A stretch of 64,000 nt of DNA from Eledone cirrhosa (lineage: Eukaryota). The translations under genes and the position numbers were made by a program. The notes beneath the pieces are model-generated. The model was given only the letters and a program-made list of their open reading frames with translations, was not told the DNA's origin and made no database searches. Below are positions 1 to 14,988 of the stretch, piece by piece. The DNA is taken from the NCBI GenBank assembly GCA_964016885.1, contig OZ024745.1:49352001-49416000 (forward strand). The letters run 5' to 3'. Position 1 is the stretch's first letter, and every line of letters starts with the position of its first letter.

Positions 1-144
1 TACAATTTATGTACATGTTATGTTTATCGCATATCGAAGTCTGACCATTTTATAGTGCAAAGAGGTAAACTAATCACTACAGCTAAATTGTCCAAATTTT
101 TCCCCCACAACCCCAACATTCAGAAAAGCTTAGACCGCCCCTGT
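1..144. mobile_element. 3' part of a CAG(T/G)GGCGG-terminated MITE (same family as 44942-45185)
   Basis: AGTGCAAAGAG-TAAACTAATC…GCTAAATTGTCCAAATTTT…TTCAGAAA-GCTT--ACCG-CCCTG matches the end of the 44942-45185 element. Confidence 0.55.
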
Positions 145-1974
145 ATATATATATTATATTATATTATATACGCACACGCAACTATTTATATGATAAGTGA
201 ACTCGTATCATATTTACATGAATTTCTGTTTGTATGCGGTGTCGTTAATTGAAGTAAAGCAAATTATCTTCTTATATATACAAACATACACTTGTGAAAG
301 GGAAATAACATTATGCTTTAATATTTAATTGTTATTGTGTCCAACAAATCTATAATATATATTATAGTTGAAATGAATGATTTTAGTATTTTATCTTGTT
401 TAATAATCTATGTTAAGACATAAAAGACAATGAATATATGGCAATAAAATGTGATGTTTTCTTTTGACTAGGCACCAGGCCAACTTTTGATGAAACATAA
501 ATGTAAGTAGATATACAGTGGAGAATGAATAGGATATTGTTTGTTACAGGTTTTATATTCTACCAACGTGTGAAAGCATATATCTTACTGCAGAAGGTGT
601 TCGGCTGACGTTCGTAAGGTTGTGAGTTCGATTCCCAGCAGAAACTGGGTACTAACCCAGCGAAAGACGGGCGTCCTGTTCAGGGAATATGAGATGAGGG
701 GCCAATCACCCGTGACACCATTAGTGCTAATCCATATCGAATATAAAATGAATTTGGTAATTGTGTTTCATGAAACTGATAAATGTATAAACTGCCAGGG
801 CTTGAACTAAAGATTAACAGAGGTATACTGACCCTTGGACTCTAACCTATACGTTCTTCGTAAATTATTTATGTTGAATAAAATTTTGTTGAACCGGCTT
901 CTGTATTTAGAACAATAAATATATCAGTTGATGGACTTTAACTCTTGTCTAACTGGGGTGATATATTGTATGGACTGTCACCATGTTGGGGGAGTCCATC
1001 TCTTCTGCAGGCAAGAACACAGCCGATTTCTTCCAGAGAGAGATAGAGAGAGAGAGTGTGTGTGTGAGAGAGAGAGTGTGAGAGAGAGAGATGTACAAAA
1101 AGACTCCACCCCAGTACTAGACTGGTATTTTTTTTATCGATTTTAAACTCGACAGGATTAACACCAATCATTCTATCCGATGTTCTAACGTTTTTTTGCC
1201 AATTCGCCCCATGCGGAGATAAATTTAGGTGGTGATTATATCAATTATATTCTATTCCCTTACAATTTTGCCATTGAATTCATTATAAGTGAATGACTCT
1301 ATCTATATTTTACATTTGCCCAATATTTTTATATATAAATATATTCAAATTTGATTTGGAATGGTGTCCTACTTTATCACGCTTACTTTTATTGATATAA
1401 AGATAGCTGTCGGCCAACTTGTTGATGATTCAAGACATCATGTTTTTCAAATCTCTATTGTATTTGTTTTTCAATCTAAAGAATCAATCCGCCATGATCA
1501 AGGAAATAGGAAATATTCTAGTAATTTATTGGTTGAGTTACTAGAAGGCAATCTTATTATTTTATTATGCTTTATTAGTTTCTGGCTTACCCCCCTTAAA
1601 AGAACTCTTATTTAACGGTGATTAATATATTATTGTAAACTATTCATATTGAATATAATAGACTATCATGGAGGTTATAAATAACCCTTTTAAATATCTC
1701 CTCTTTTCATAAGTGAATGTATGTATATGTGTGTGAGTGTTATGTATGTATGTATGTATGTATGTATGTATGTATGTATGCATGCATGTATGTATGTATG
1801 CATGTATGTATGCATCTATCTATCTCTCTCTCCATCTCTCTATCTATCTAGCTATGTATTTGTTTCTTTCTGTTTCTCTTTCACTATTTCTCTATCATAC
1901 ACTCTCTCTTTCTCCCTCCCTGTATATATATATATACAGAGAGAGAGAGAGGGGGGATAGATACATTGATACTT

Positions 1975-2560
1975 TCCTTTTTACATGTAAAATGTCATCC
2001 AGTTCTACAATCCCCAAATATTTGTATCCACACCCATTATCTTCCGGTTGCCCTAAGGTTTCTCCCGATGGCCGCCTTAATCCACTACAGGCTGCTTTGT
2101 TCCATGTTTTCATTTTGAGTACAGAGCATTTAGAGATCCCAAATTCCATATCGATGTCACTGCTATATATCTGGACTGTTTTCATTAAAGTATCTATCTG
2201 GTTTTTGGACTTCCCAAACAGTTTCAGATCATCCATAAAGAGAAGATGGTTTATGAATAGCCCTTGCTTTCAACATTGGTAACCCATATTAACTTTCCTA
2301 AGTTTCAGTGTTATAAGTGCAATGACAAATAATAGTAATGGGGGAAAATGAGTCACTTTGGAAGATACTCCTTCTTCTCCAAAAAATACATTGCTCGAGT
2401 ACAACTTAGTCTTCCACTCTAGAAGAAAATGTGGGATGTTGTCAGCAATCTGCAGGCATTCAACAATCCCCAAATGAGACACTACATCATATCTTAAAGT
2501 CAATCCTGGCCATAAACATGTTGGTATGATGTTTTTTACAATGCCTCAAAATAAGTCTGC
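1975..2560 (-). mobile_element. Decayed R4/Dong-clade non-LTR retrotransposon RT fragment
   Basis: Frameshifted minus-strand peptides YDVVSHLGIVECL, WKTKL, LLFVIAL…LRKVNMGY, INHLLFMDDLKLFGK…MEFGISKC, YKYLGI are typical R4/Dong RT motifs. Confidence 0.8.
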
Positions 2561-3196
2561 TTAAGAAACTCTCAAAGCAATATCACCAAAACAACAGAAA
2601 CAGTAAAAAAAAAAAAAAAAAAAAAAAAATCTAGGGCACTAACCTCGACAACAATAGCAACGACTGCACTAGTAACAGAAATATAGACTGCAGCAGCATT
2701 GACAGCAGCAGTAGCAATTATGAAAGTAATAATGGTATATTTTACACAGTGAAGAGGGGCATAGAGCTAGACTATATTAGTCATACATATCTCTTAAAAA
2801 GACGGAATAGCCATGACTGAAATGTCTTAGATCATAGGTCTGCTCGATCAGGACAGACCTGAGGCTAAACAACAGTAACAACTACACCAACGGAATTGTT
2901 ACGACTAAGGCTAAACGATTGGAGTGGAAATAACAAAGAATCAACGAAGAGAGCTTCTGTGTGGTCACCTAGCCTTCTAGAAATAACAGCTAAAATCTCC
3001 TTCTGATTATATTCAACCTCCTTAAAGAAATACATTGAAAATGGTATCAAGTATGAATTAACCATAGACTGATGACGGGCGGGATGGTCATGTCTGGAAC
3101 GCCTTTGATTAAATACAGTTCTGATTGATCAGCAGTAGCCATATCAATAACAGCACAACATTAACAATGACAACAGTAACAACAGCACTAAGAGCA

Positions 3197-3451
3197 CAGC
3201 AGCAACAGCCGCTTAGAAGCAGCAACAGCAACAGCCGCATTAGAAGCAGCAACAGCAACAGCCGCAATAGAAGCAGCAACAGCAACAGCCGCATTAGAAG
3301 CAGCAACAGCAACAGCCGCTTAGAAGCAGCAACAGCAACAGCCGCATTAGAAGCAGCAACAGCAACAGCCGCAATAGAAGCAGCAACAGCAACAGCCGCA
3401 TTAGAAGCAGCAACAGCAACAGCCGCATTAGAAGCAGCAACAGCAACAGCA
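3197..3451. repeat. 27-bp minisatellite, about 9 copies
   Basis: Unit TAGAAGCAGCAACAGCAACAGCCGC(A)(T/A) recurs at 3214, 3241, 3268 and onward. Confidence 0.95.
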
Positions 3452-3750
3452 CTATAACAACATAAAAAATAATAGCAGTAGCAACAGCAGCACAATAACA
3501 TTAACAGCAGCATCAAAAACAGTGGCAGCAATAACAACACGGCAGTGGTGGTGGTGGCGGTGGCGGTGGTGGCGGTGGTGGTGGTGATGGTGATGGTAGT
3601 TGCACTGGTGGTCATGGTGTTCGGTAATAATGGTTGGAGGAAGAATAGAAAGAGCAGCAGCATCAACAGCAACGACAGCAGCAGTTAGTAGTAACAGCAG
3701 CAGTAGTAGCAGTAGTTAGTTGCAGCAGCAGCAGCAGCAGCAGCAGCGAT

Positions 3751-3809
<59 letters not shown>

Positions 3810-4080
3810 TTTCTAATTGTTTAAAAGGATTTTATAAAAATTGAAAAAAAAAAAGATGTCTAGATGTCAGAAAAACTAACAACAAAAACAAAATGTTTGT
3901 TACTAAGAAACTAAAGTAGAAGTGATTATTAACAGAATACCTCCAAATCTCCAAATATTGGTTAGACTAAAAGAATGCAAATGGTTAATAGTAGATTTTC
4001 CAGCCTAGGGTTAATAATCATGGCGACAACCGAGCCGTCTTTACACTCGGGAATAATAAAGAATATTTGAGGTATTGTTA

Positions 4081-4350
4081 TAGAAGAAAAGCAAGCTTCA
4101 CGTTACATACAAGGAGAGAGGGTGAGAGTGAGGTAAGATAGTGATAGTAAGAGTGAGCATGATAGTGTCGGAGAGATAGGGGGAGAGAGAGAATAAAGGG
4201 GGAGGAGGAAGAGAGATAATGAGATAACAAAACTGAGAAAATGAAAGACAGAGAGAGACAAAGTAGAAGAAAAGCAAGCTTCACGATACATAGAAGGAGA
4301 GAGTGAGAGTGATGGAGATAGTGATAGTAAGAGTGAGCATGATAGATATA
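4081..4350. repeat. Direct duplication of about 85 bp (period 184), running into (GA)n to about 4477
   Basis: TAGAAGAAAAGCAAGCTTCACG…GATAGTGATAGTAAGAGTGAGCATGATAG at 4081 and 4265. Confidence 0.8.
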
Positions 4351-4434
4351 GAGATAGATAGATAGAGAGAGATAGAGAGAGAGAGAGAGGGAGAGAGAGA
4401 GAGATAGTTAGAGAGAGAGAGAGTGAGAGCGAGA

Positions 4435-4480
<46 letters not shown>

Positions 4481-4629
4481 AGTGGACACTTGGTTCAGTA
4501 TAATTTAATATAGTGATGAATTAACACATGATATCTTTACTGACAAGTTATTGTTTTTCTGGAATAATTCAAGAATGATCTACAGCTCTTCTTTCGAGAT
4601 AATTGAGTTTAGTTTTACAACCTTGCTCA

Positions 4630-5060
4630 CTGTCTATTCTTTAACAACAGCTATTATATAACTAAAACACAAGAAGCAATCCAATCCAAATGAATGCGAT
4701 TTCTCATTCCTATAATAAATAAAATGCTGCTTACCGTTACTGTCTAATAGAGTTGTGTTAATATGTCCAATGGAGTTGTATTATATAACTAAAATTCCTT
4801 CGAAGTCCATAGCAGAAGCAATCTAAACCTATCCAAAATGAAGGATTTCTCATTCGTATAATAAATAACATGCCTTTCACTGTTAATATCTACAGTTGGG
4901 TTTGTTCAATAAGGTTGTGTTACATATCCAATAGTGTTGTATGATATAACCAAAACCCTACAAAGTCCATAGCAGAATCATCTTATTTAAAATGAATGGG
5001 ATTTCTCGTTCTTATGATAAATAAATTGTCCTTCCCAGTCAATGTTCAATAGGATTATAT
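4630..5060. repeat. Diverged tandem repeat of about 130-160 bp, about 3 copies
   Basis: TATAAC-AAAA…AGAA-CA…AAATGAA…GATTTCTC-TTC-TAT-ATAAATAA occurs three times. Confidence 0.7.
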
Positions 5061-5840
5061 ACCAACAGGGGGATCTTTATGATGGAGCATCGGATTAAAT
5101 ACTTTGAGGTATTTGTTATGGCATTCTGCAACCTAAGTTCAAATCAAGTCGTCTACGTCAAATTTGCCTTTCGGAGTCGCCATGAATAAGGTACCAGTCC
5201 AGGGGCCGAATCTGTGAGGTGGGATGTTGGCGGTATTGTTAAAATGTCGTATAAGATGATTTGTGATATCTCTTCTGGTTCTCTGGTTTGTCAACATCCT
5301 GTCTGACCACACTTGGTCAGTGTGGCCAGACTGGCCTAAAGCAAACGTAGTTACTGATGCTTCATTCAGCAGTGGATCGAAAACAGCTGTGGCAGAATAA
5401 CTTTTAATGGGGGTTTGGATCATACGAACTTAGGGTTTGATTAGATGACCAGGCATGAGTTTTGTCGTCTTCTAATATACAACCACATAAAGTGCAATTT
5501 CTTTGTAAACAGATTTCTCTTTTACAGTTCAATATTAAGCATTCCATGAAAAACATATTTCGTTTCTATGTATTACAACATTTGTAGTTACATCAAAGCA
5601 ATATATTGCTTCAACAATGATCTGTATGCAGTCAAGATGTGTGAGTTAGGGTTGTGTAAAGAAGTAACTATCTATTATTTTTTTCCAAAAACATTGTTTC
5701 CCCCATTTATTACCTCCAGCCGTGTGCACCTGCTGCTGCAGCTAAATCAATGATGTTGTTTGTCTCAATTCCGTGTTTGGTATTTGATGAATAAGAGACA
5801 TGAATGTAACTACTCACGTTTAACGCTCTGCTATGATATT

Positions 5841-7748
5841 GGTTGTAGTGGTGGTGGTGGTGGTGATGGTGGTGGTGGTGGTGGTGGTTGTGGTGGTGGT
5901 GGTTGTAGTGGTGGTGGTGGTGGTGGTGGTGGTGGTTGTAGTGGTGGTGATGGTGGTGATGGTGGTGGTGGTGGTGGTTGTAGTGGTGGTGGTGATGGTG
6001 GTAGTGGTGGTGATGGTGGTGATGGTGGTAATGGTGGTGGTGGTGATGGTGGTGGTGATGGTGGTAGTGGTGGTGATGGTGGTGATGGTGGTAATGGTGG
6101 TGGTGGTGATGGTGGTGGTGATGGTGGTGGTGGTGGTGGTGGTGGTGGTTGTAGTGGTGGTGGTGGTGGTAGTGGTGGTGATGGTTGTAGTGGTGGTGGT
6201 GGTTGTGGTGGTGGTGGTGGTGGTGGTGATGGTGGTGGTGGTGGTGGTGGTAATGGTGGTGGTTGTAGTGGTGGTGGTGGTGGTTGTAGTGGTGGTGGTG
6301 ATGATGGTGGTGGTGGTGGTGGTGGTTGTAGTGGTGGTGGTGATGGTGGTGGTGGTAGTGGTGGTGATGGTTGTAGTGGTGGTGGTGATGGTGGTGGTGG
6401 TGGTGGTTGTAGTGGTGGTTGTAGTGGTGGTGGTGATGGTGGTGGTGGTTGTAGTGGTGGTGGTGGTGGTTGTAGTGGTGGTGGTGGTTGTAGTGGTGGT
6501 GGTGATGATGGTGGTGGTGGTGGTGGTGGTGGTGGTTGTAGTGGTGGTGGTGATGGTGGTGGTGGTAGTGGTGGTGGTGATGGTTGTAGTGGTGATGGTG
6601 GTGGTGGTGGTGGTTGTAGTGGTGGTTGTAGTGGTGGTGGTGATGGTGGTGGTGGTAGTGGTGGTGGTGATGGTTGTAGTGGTGGTGGTGATGGTGGTGG
6701 TGGTGGTGGTTGTAGTGGTGGAGGTGGTGATGGTGGTAGAGGTAGTGGTGGTGGTGATGGTTGTAGTGGTGGTGGTGATGGTGGTGGTAGTGGTAGTGGT
6801 GGCTGTAGTGGTGGTGGTGGTGATGGTGGTAGTGGTAGTGGTGGTGGTGATGGCGGTAGTGGTGGTGTAGGTGGTGGTTGCAGTGGTGGTGGTGGTAGTG
6901 GTAGTGGTTGCAGTGGTGGTGGTAGTGATGGTTGTAGTGGTGGTGGTGGTGGTGATGGTGGTGGTGGTTGTGGTAGTGGTGGTGGTGATGGTGGTGGTGG
7001 TGGTTGTAGTGGTGGTGGTGATGGTGGTGGTGGTAATGGTGGTGGTGGTGACGGTGGTGGTGGTGGTGGTGATGGTGGTAGTGATGGTTGTAATGGTGGT
7101 GGTGGTGATGGTGGGGTGGTGGTGGTGATGGTGGTGGTGGTGGTGGTGGTGGTGATGGTGGTGGTGGTGGTAGTTGTAGTGGTGGTGATGGTGGTAGTGA
7201 TGGTTGTAGTGGTGGTGGTGGTGATGGTGGTGATGGTTGTAATGGTGGTGGTAGTGATGGTGATGGTGATGGTAGTTGTAGTGGTGGTGATGGTGATGGT
7301 GGTTGTGGTAGTAGTTGTAGTGGTGGTAGTGGTGGTGGTGGTGGTGGTAGTGATGGTTGTAGTGGTGGTGATGGTGATGGTGGTGGTGATGGTTGTAGTG
7401 GTGGTGGTGGTGATGGTGGTGGCGGTTGTAGTGGTGGTGATGGTGGTGGTGATGGTGGTGGTGGTGGTGGTTGTAGTGGTGGTGATGGTGGTGATGGTGG
7501 TGGTGGTGGTTGTAGTGGTGGTGGTGGTGGTGATGGTGGTGGTGATGGTGGTGGTGGTTGTAGTGGTGGTGATGGTGGTGATGGTGGTGGTGGTGGTGGT
7601 TGTAGTGGTGGTGGTGGTGGTGATGGTGGTGGTGATGGTGGTGGTGGTTGTAGTGGTGGTGATGGTGGTGATGGTGGTGGTGGTGGTGGTTGTAGTGGTG
7701 GTGGTGGTGGTGATGGTGGTAATGGTGGTGGTGGTGATGGTGGTGGTA
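5841..7748. repeat. Degenerate (GGT)n tract of about 1.9 kb with GAT and TGTAGT variants
   Basis: Direct reading; source of the spurious Gly, Val and Pro ORFs. Confidence 0.95.
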
Positions 7749-7804
7749 ATAGGGATAAGGAAAGCTACTACGAAAACGACCATTACGATGATAGCAACGA
7801 CGAC

Positions 7805-8845
7805 GACAATGATGATGGTGATGATGATGGTGAGGCGACGATGATGATGATGGTGAGGCGATGATGATGGTGAGGCGATGATGATGGTGAGGCGATGAGG
7901 ATGGTGAGGCGATGATGATGGTGATGATGATGGTGAGGTGATGATGATGATGATGATGGTGAGGCGATGATGATGGTGAGGTGATGATGATGGTGAGGTG
8001 ATGATGATGGTGAGGCGATGATGATGGTGAGGCGATGATGATGGTGAGGCGATGATGATGGTGAGGCGATGATGATGGTAAGGCGATGATGATGGTGAGG
8101 CGATGATGATGGTGAGGCGATGATGATGGTGAGGCGATGATGATGGTGAGGTGATGATGATGGTGAGGTGATGATGATGGTGAGGCGACGATGATGATGA
8201 TGATGGTGAGGTGATGATGATGGTGAGGTGATGATGATGGTGAGGTGATGATGATGGTGAGGTGATGATGATGGTTAGGCGACGATGAGGGTGAGGCGAT
8301 GATGATGGTGAGGCGATGATGATGATGATGGTGAGGCGATGATGATGGTGAGGTGATGATGATGGTGAGGCGATGATGATGATGATGGTGAGGCGATGAT
8401 GATGGTGAGGCGATGATGATGGTGAGGCGATGATGATGGTGAGGCGATGATGATGGTGAGGCGACGATGATGATGATGGTGAGGCGATGATGATGGTGAG
8501 GTGATGATGATGGTGAGGCGATGATGATGGTGAGGCGATGATGATGATGATGGTGAGGCGATGATGATGGTGAGGTGATGATGATGGTGAGGTGATGATG
8601 ATGGTGAGGTGATGATGATGGTGAGGCGATGATGATGATGAGGCGATGATGATGATGAGGCGATGATGATGATGATGGTGAGGCGATGATGATGGTGAGG
8701 CGATGATGATGGTGAGGCGATGATGATGATGAGGCGATGATGATGGTAAGGTGATGATGATGGTGAGGCGATGATGATGATGAGGCGATGATGATGATGA
8801 TGATGGTAAGGTGATGATGATGGTGAGGCGATGATGATGATGATA
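7805..8845. repeat. 17-bp minisatellite GGTGAGG(C/T)GATGATGAT derived from (GAT)n
   Basis: Direct reading, dozens of units. Confidence 0.95.
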
Positions 8846-9749
8846 CCGCCGATAACGACGACGATGATGATGAAGGCTATGGCGAGGATGTCGACGATGG
8901 CGATGATGACGGTGATAACTGTGATAATGACGAGGATGATGGTGATGACGATGGTGATGACGACGACGACGGCAATGAATTAAAAATTGAAATAACATTA
9001 AAGATGGCGGCAGTTACAGAACAGATTCAACAATTTGGCAAGTGTAACAGAAAATAGAAATAAAGAAACAAATCGTTGCTTTAGGGAGTATCATAAATGT
9101 CATTCCCCTTCTATTTACTGATATCAAACTAAGAAGGAAGACTAATTAGGGTAAATGAATGATGTGGAAATTGAGAGTCATTAAGACTTGTTCAATTAAT
9201 GAATAGAATGGAGTCGATTGTCAGATGGGACTAAGAAAAAGTTTCCATTGGTCTTTCCATTATTGATATTATCTTCCGACTGCAACTCCGGACAGAAGAA
9301 GGCGGAATTTGAACTCAGAACACACAGAGCCGGATGAGATACAGCAAACCATTCCGACTAACTCTTTAACAATTCCGATAATTTACCACTCGCGAACTGC
9401 TACTTTATTTATCACCCCCCCCCCCCCCCCCCGCCACCCGCCCCATCCTAAGAATGAAAGGCGAAGTTAACGTCGGCGTTATTTAAAATCAGAGTAGAGT
9501 GAGCCGGAACAAATACCGAGGCATTTAATGAGACACATTAATTGTTTCTACTTTAGCAAAGTTAACCTCGGCGGGATTTGAACTCAGACTGTAAAGGGAC
9601 GTAACGTAAATTTAATGAGACACATTAATGAGACATATAATGACTTTGTCGATTTAAAAATGCTCGTTTAATCGCTGTTATGTTATACTGCTGTTAATGT
9701 GTTAATGTTGACTGCCACAATTATAGTGATATTTTTAGTGATTATTTTT

Positions 9750-9938
9750 AGGGCGGTGGATTGGCAGTATCGGTAGAGGGTCGGAAGTCATGCTTTGACG
9801 TATGGAGTTACGTCCCTTGCCATTCTGAGTTCAATTCCCGCCGAGGTTAACTTTGCCTTTCATCCTTACGGGGTCGATAAAATAAAGTACCAGTAATGCA
9901 CTGGGTATTTGCTGGCCTTGTGCCAAAGGTAGAAACAA
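9750..9938 (+). mobile_element. tRNA-derived SINE, full-length copy of the dominant family
   Basis: GGGCGGTGGATTGGCAGTATCGGTAGAG (A-box-like), GAGTTCAATTCCC (B box), TTTGCCTTTCATCCTTACGGGGTCGATAAAATAAAGTACCAGT, 3' GTAGAAACAATTAT. Confidence 0.85.
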
Positions 9939-9954
9939 TTATAGTGATATTTAA

Positions 9955-10300
9955 TTTATGCACAAGGCCAGCAACTTTGGAGGAAGGGTGAAGCTGATTA
10001 AATCACGCTCAGTACTTGACTGGTGCATTATTTTATCAACTTTTGCATAACTTGAACCCAGAACAAGCACGCAATGACATTTGATCCGACGCTCTATCAA
10101 TTATGCCAATCCATCACATTTACTGTCTCAATTATATTGGTTTCTGATTTAAGCACTGGGCCAACAATTTTGGGGGATGGGAAAAACGATTAAATCGACC
10201 CCAGTGCATTGCTGGTAGTTTATTTTATCGATTCCGTGATGATGAAAGGTGAAGCTAACCTCGGCTGAATTTGAACTCAGATACTGCCAATCCTCCGCCT
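9955..10300 (-). mobile_element. Two decayed copies of the same SINE family
   Basis: GCACAAGGCCAGCAA…; GATGAAAGG-GAAG--AACCTCGGC-GAATTTGAACTCAGA. Confidence 0.65.
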
Positions 10301-10499
10301 TAACTGATTCAATTATATTAAAACTGAAATACAATTACATTGAAACTGCCGGATGTCTATTGTGTCATATATATTCCCCAGATATATAACTCGGTGTTAC
10401 ACTTCCAAAGTTTTGATGCCGTGTAATCAACACCTTGACTGTTATATATAAACTGATGTAATTAATTCTTCCGCCCCCTACATAGAAACGATAAATGAG

Positions 10500-10554
<55 letters not shown>

Positions 10555-11158
10555 CACTTACACACATATATATGTATGTATGTTAAATCAAATCATATTT
10601 AAGTTAATATAGCGTCAGCATTGATTACTTTTATATACACTTGTTTCGAACTCACCGGAATAACAAAGAGGAAATTAAAATATTTTTTATTAAATAAAGT
10701 AGATCAACGACGTCTGCAGCAATGTTTCCGAAGTCAAAAATATATACAGGAGACTCGCACACACTAAAATATATATAGTTAGAAAATCTTATAAAAACTT
10801 AGTGGCTGTATAAGTACAATACTTATTCTGTTCGCTTTCTTTTTTAGCTTAGCAGGGTCCAGTCCCAACATCACCGCGCCCTAGGCCGAGAGCCCATCAC
10901 CCCCTCCCCTACCCCCCTATTCTTCTGTGACCCTAGAGCCCTTACCTTTCCCTTCCTTTTTCGTTTTCAGAACCACAAAAGACGCATTTTTTTTAATTAT
11001 AAAATCTGTAATTATATTGTTCTCTGCAAAGTATTAGATATGTGATTTCCTATATTGGCAGTGTGTAACCACTCCGACATCTTGGATTTTCACCTTTAAT
11101 TCTTTCATTGAGCGATCAGAGAGCCGCATGATCGTTATATATTAAATATCGATCTTTT

Positions 11159-11229
<71 letters not shown>

Positions 11230-11267
11230 GATAAATCTACCAAGAGTTTACGGTAGTGTCAATATAT

Positions 11268-11421
11268 TTCATTATTTCTGAAGATGGCATATATATGTGT
11301 TGGTATGTATATTTAATTTTGATAGTTTGTATAATTTTGTATAATTTTGTACATAGATCTGTTGAATATGCATGCCAATTCTAACACATATATATCCTAG
11401 AAACGATCGTTAAATAATGAA
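11268..11421 (+). ncRNA. Type I hammerhead ribozyme with a long stem II
   Basis: Stem I TTCATTATTT/AAATAATGAA (10 bp); core CTGAAGA 11278-84; stem II TGG-ATATATATGTGTTGG/CTAACACATATATAT-CTA; GAAA 11400-03; palindromic stem III ACGATCGT; predicted GUU cleavage after 11411. Confidence 0.8.
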
Positions 11422-11485
11422 CTTTTTTTGTTTAATATAAGGAACTGTTTCATTGTTTTATTCATTATTTTTTAAATATTTTATA

Positions 11486-11521
<36 letters not shown>

Positions 11522-11568
11522 CATACATATAGATATATATATACATATACATATATATATACATATAC

Positions 11569-11608
<40 letters not shown>

Positions 11609-11760
11609 ATATATATATTGTTATACTTTGGGAGGGTCATGTTGCCAATAATTCAGAAACGAAATATATATATATACATATATATATATACATATACATA
11701 TATATACATATACATATATATATATACATATATACATATATATATATATACATATATATA

Positions 11761-12060
11761 CATGGACACACTAGAAGAGGAAGACCAAGGTTAACATATG
11801 TTGATGCCCTATATATATATGTATATATATATATATATATGTATATATATACATATATATATATACATATATACATATATATATATATATACATATATAT
11901 ACATGGACACACTAGAAGAGGAAGACCAAGGTTAACATATGTTGATGCCCTAAGGACAGACACTGGTCTGTTGGAGATGCAGGATATGGCAGCGATAATG
12001 AGGGACAGAGACCGCTGGAGAGAACTCGTCCATGGATCTCGGGAATTTTACCCGCCTTAG
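11761..12060 (+). mobile_element. 5'-truncated RTE-clade LINE 3' end in (TA)n, first 50 bp duplicated
   Basis: [22 protein letters not shown]…[11 protein letters not shown] is an RTE C-terminal signature (GRP…DR..WR); 11761-11810 is identical to 11902-11951. Confidence 0.8.
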
Positions 12061-12221
<161 letters not shown>

Positions 12222-12227
12222 TATAAT

Positions 12228-12259
<32 letters not shown>

Positions 12260-12286
12260 CATATATATATATTTATATATATATAC

Positions 12287-12419
<133 letters not shown>

Positions 12420-12420
12420 C

Positions 12421-12451
<31 letters not shown>

Positions 12452-12462
12452 CATATATATAC

Positions 12463-12569
<107 letters not shown>

Positions 12570-12632
12570 TATACATATATATATATACATATATATACAT
12601 ATATATATATACATATATATATATATACACAC

Positions 12633-12747
<115 letters not shown>

Positions 12748-12768
12748 CATATATATATACATATATAC

Positions 12769-12803
<35 letters not shown>

Positions 12804-12812
12804 CATATATAC

Positions 12813-12857
<45 letters not shown>

Positions 12858-12913
12858 AACAGGAAAAATGAAACGAAATATCATTTCCCACTCTTAGTAC
12901 GGCTGTTACTTAA

Positions 12914-13124
12914 ATATAAGTATGTACACGTACATACATATATGTATACAGACGTACAGTAGTATGTATATACGTACATATATATATGTGTGCATGTATG
13001 CATGTGTGCATGTATACGTACATATATATATCCATACGTACATATATATATATGTGCATGTATGTATATACATATACATACTACTGTACGTCTGTATACA
13101 TATATGTATGTACGTGTACATACT

Positions 13125-13129
<5 letters not shown>
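12914..13129. repeat. Perfect 58-bp inverted repeat with a 100-bp spacer in (TA)n
   Basis: 12914-12971 is the reverse complement of 13072-13129. Confidence 0.9.
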
Positions 13130-13175
<46 letters not shown>

Positions 13176-13177
13176 TC

Positions 13178-13404
<227 letters not shown>

Positions 13405-13405
13405 C

Positions 13406-13668
<263 letters not shown>

Positions 13669-13725
13669 TATATACATATATACATATATATATATACATA
13701 TATATATATACATATACATATATAC

Positions 13726-13756
<31 letters not shown>

Positions 13757-13773
13757 CATATATACATATATAC

Positions 13774-13890
<117 letters not shown>

Positions 13891-13945
13891 CATATACATA
13901 TATATATATACATATACATATATATATATATATACATATACATAG

Positions 13946-14072
<127 letters not shown>

Positions 14073-14084
14073 CATATACATATA

Positions 14085-14198
<114 letters not shown>

Positions 14199-14227
14199 CA
14201 CACATATATATATATAAACACATATAC

Positions 14228-14258
<31 letters not shown>

Positions 14259-14263
14259 CACAC

Positions 14264-14337
<74 letters not shown>

Positions 14338-14718
14338 TATACATTTATACATCGTGCACATTCTCATACATACTTAATCACAGACACGCACACACATATA
14401 TACCCATATACACACATACATACACATACACACACATATACACACATATACACACGCACACATACATTTTACATTCACCTGTTGGTATTGTGTACTCACT
14501 CTCCCCTCCGCCAGTATTGTAGAAACAATGTGCGCAACAGCACAAGTGGGTTATTCAACAAATGTATTTGGCCATTAAAACAAGTATAGAATACATATAC
14601 AATATATATATATGTATATATATATGTATATATATATGTATATATATATATATGTATATGTATATATATATGTATATATATATATATGTATATGTATATA
14701 TATATGTATATATATATG

Positions 14719-14799
<81 letters not shown>

Positions 14800-14939
14800 G
14801 TACATGTATATATATATATGTATATATATATATTATATATATGTATATGTATATATATTATATGTATATGTATATATATATATGTATATATATATATAAA
14901 TATGTTGTTATAATCTTGCTAAACAAATTCAGAAACGAA

Positions 14940-14988
<49 letters not shown>

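Noticed and set aside
3197-3451. CRISPR-like regular repeats
   Set aside because: No unique spacers and no cas genes; a eukaryotic minisatellite
5760-8998. 694-aa Gly/Val-rich and 1055-aa Pro/His/Thr-rich ORFs
   Set aside because: Translations of trinucleotide-derived repeats open in several frames; no domain or splice evidence
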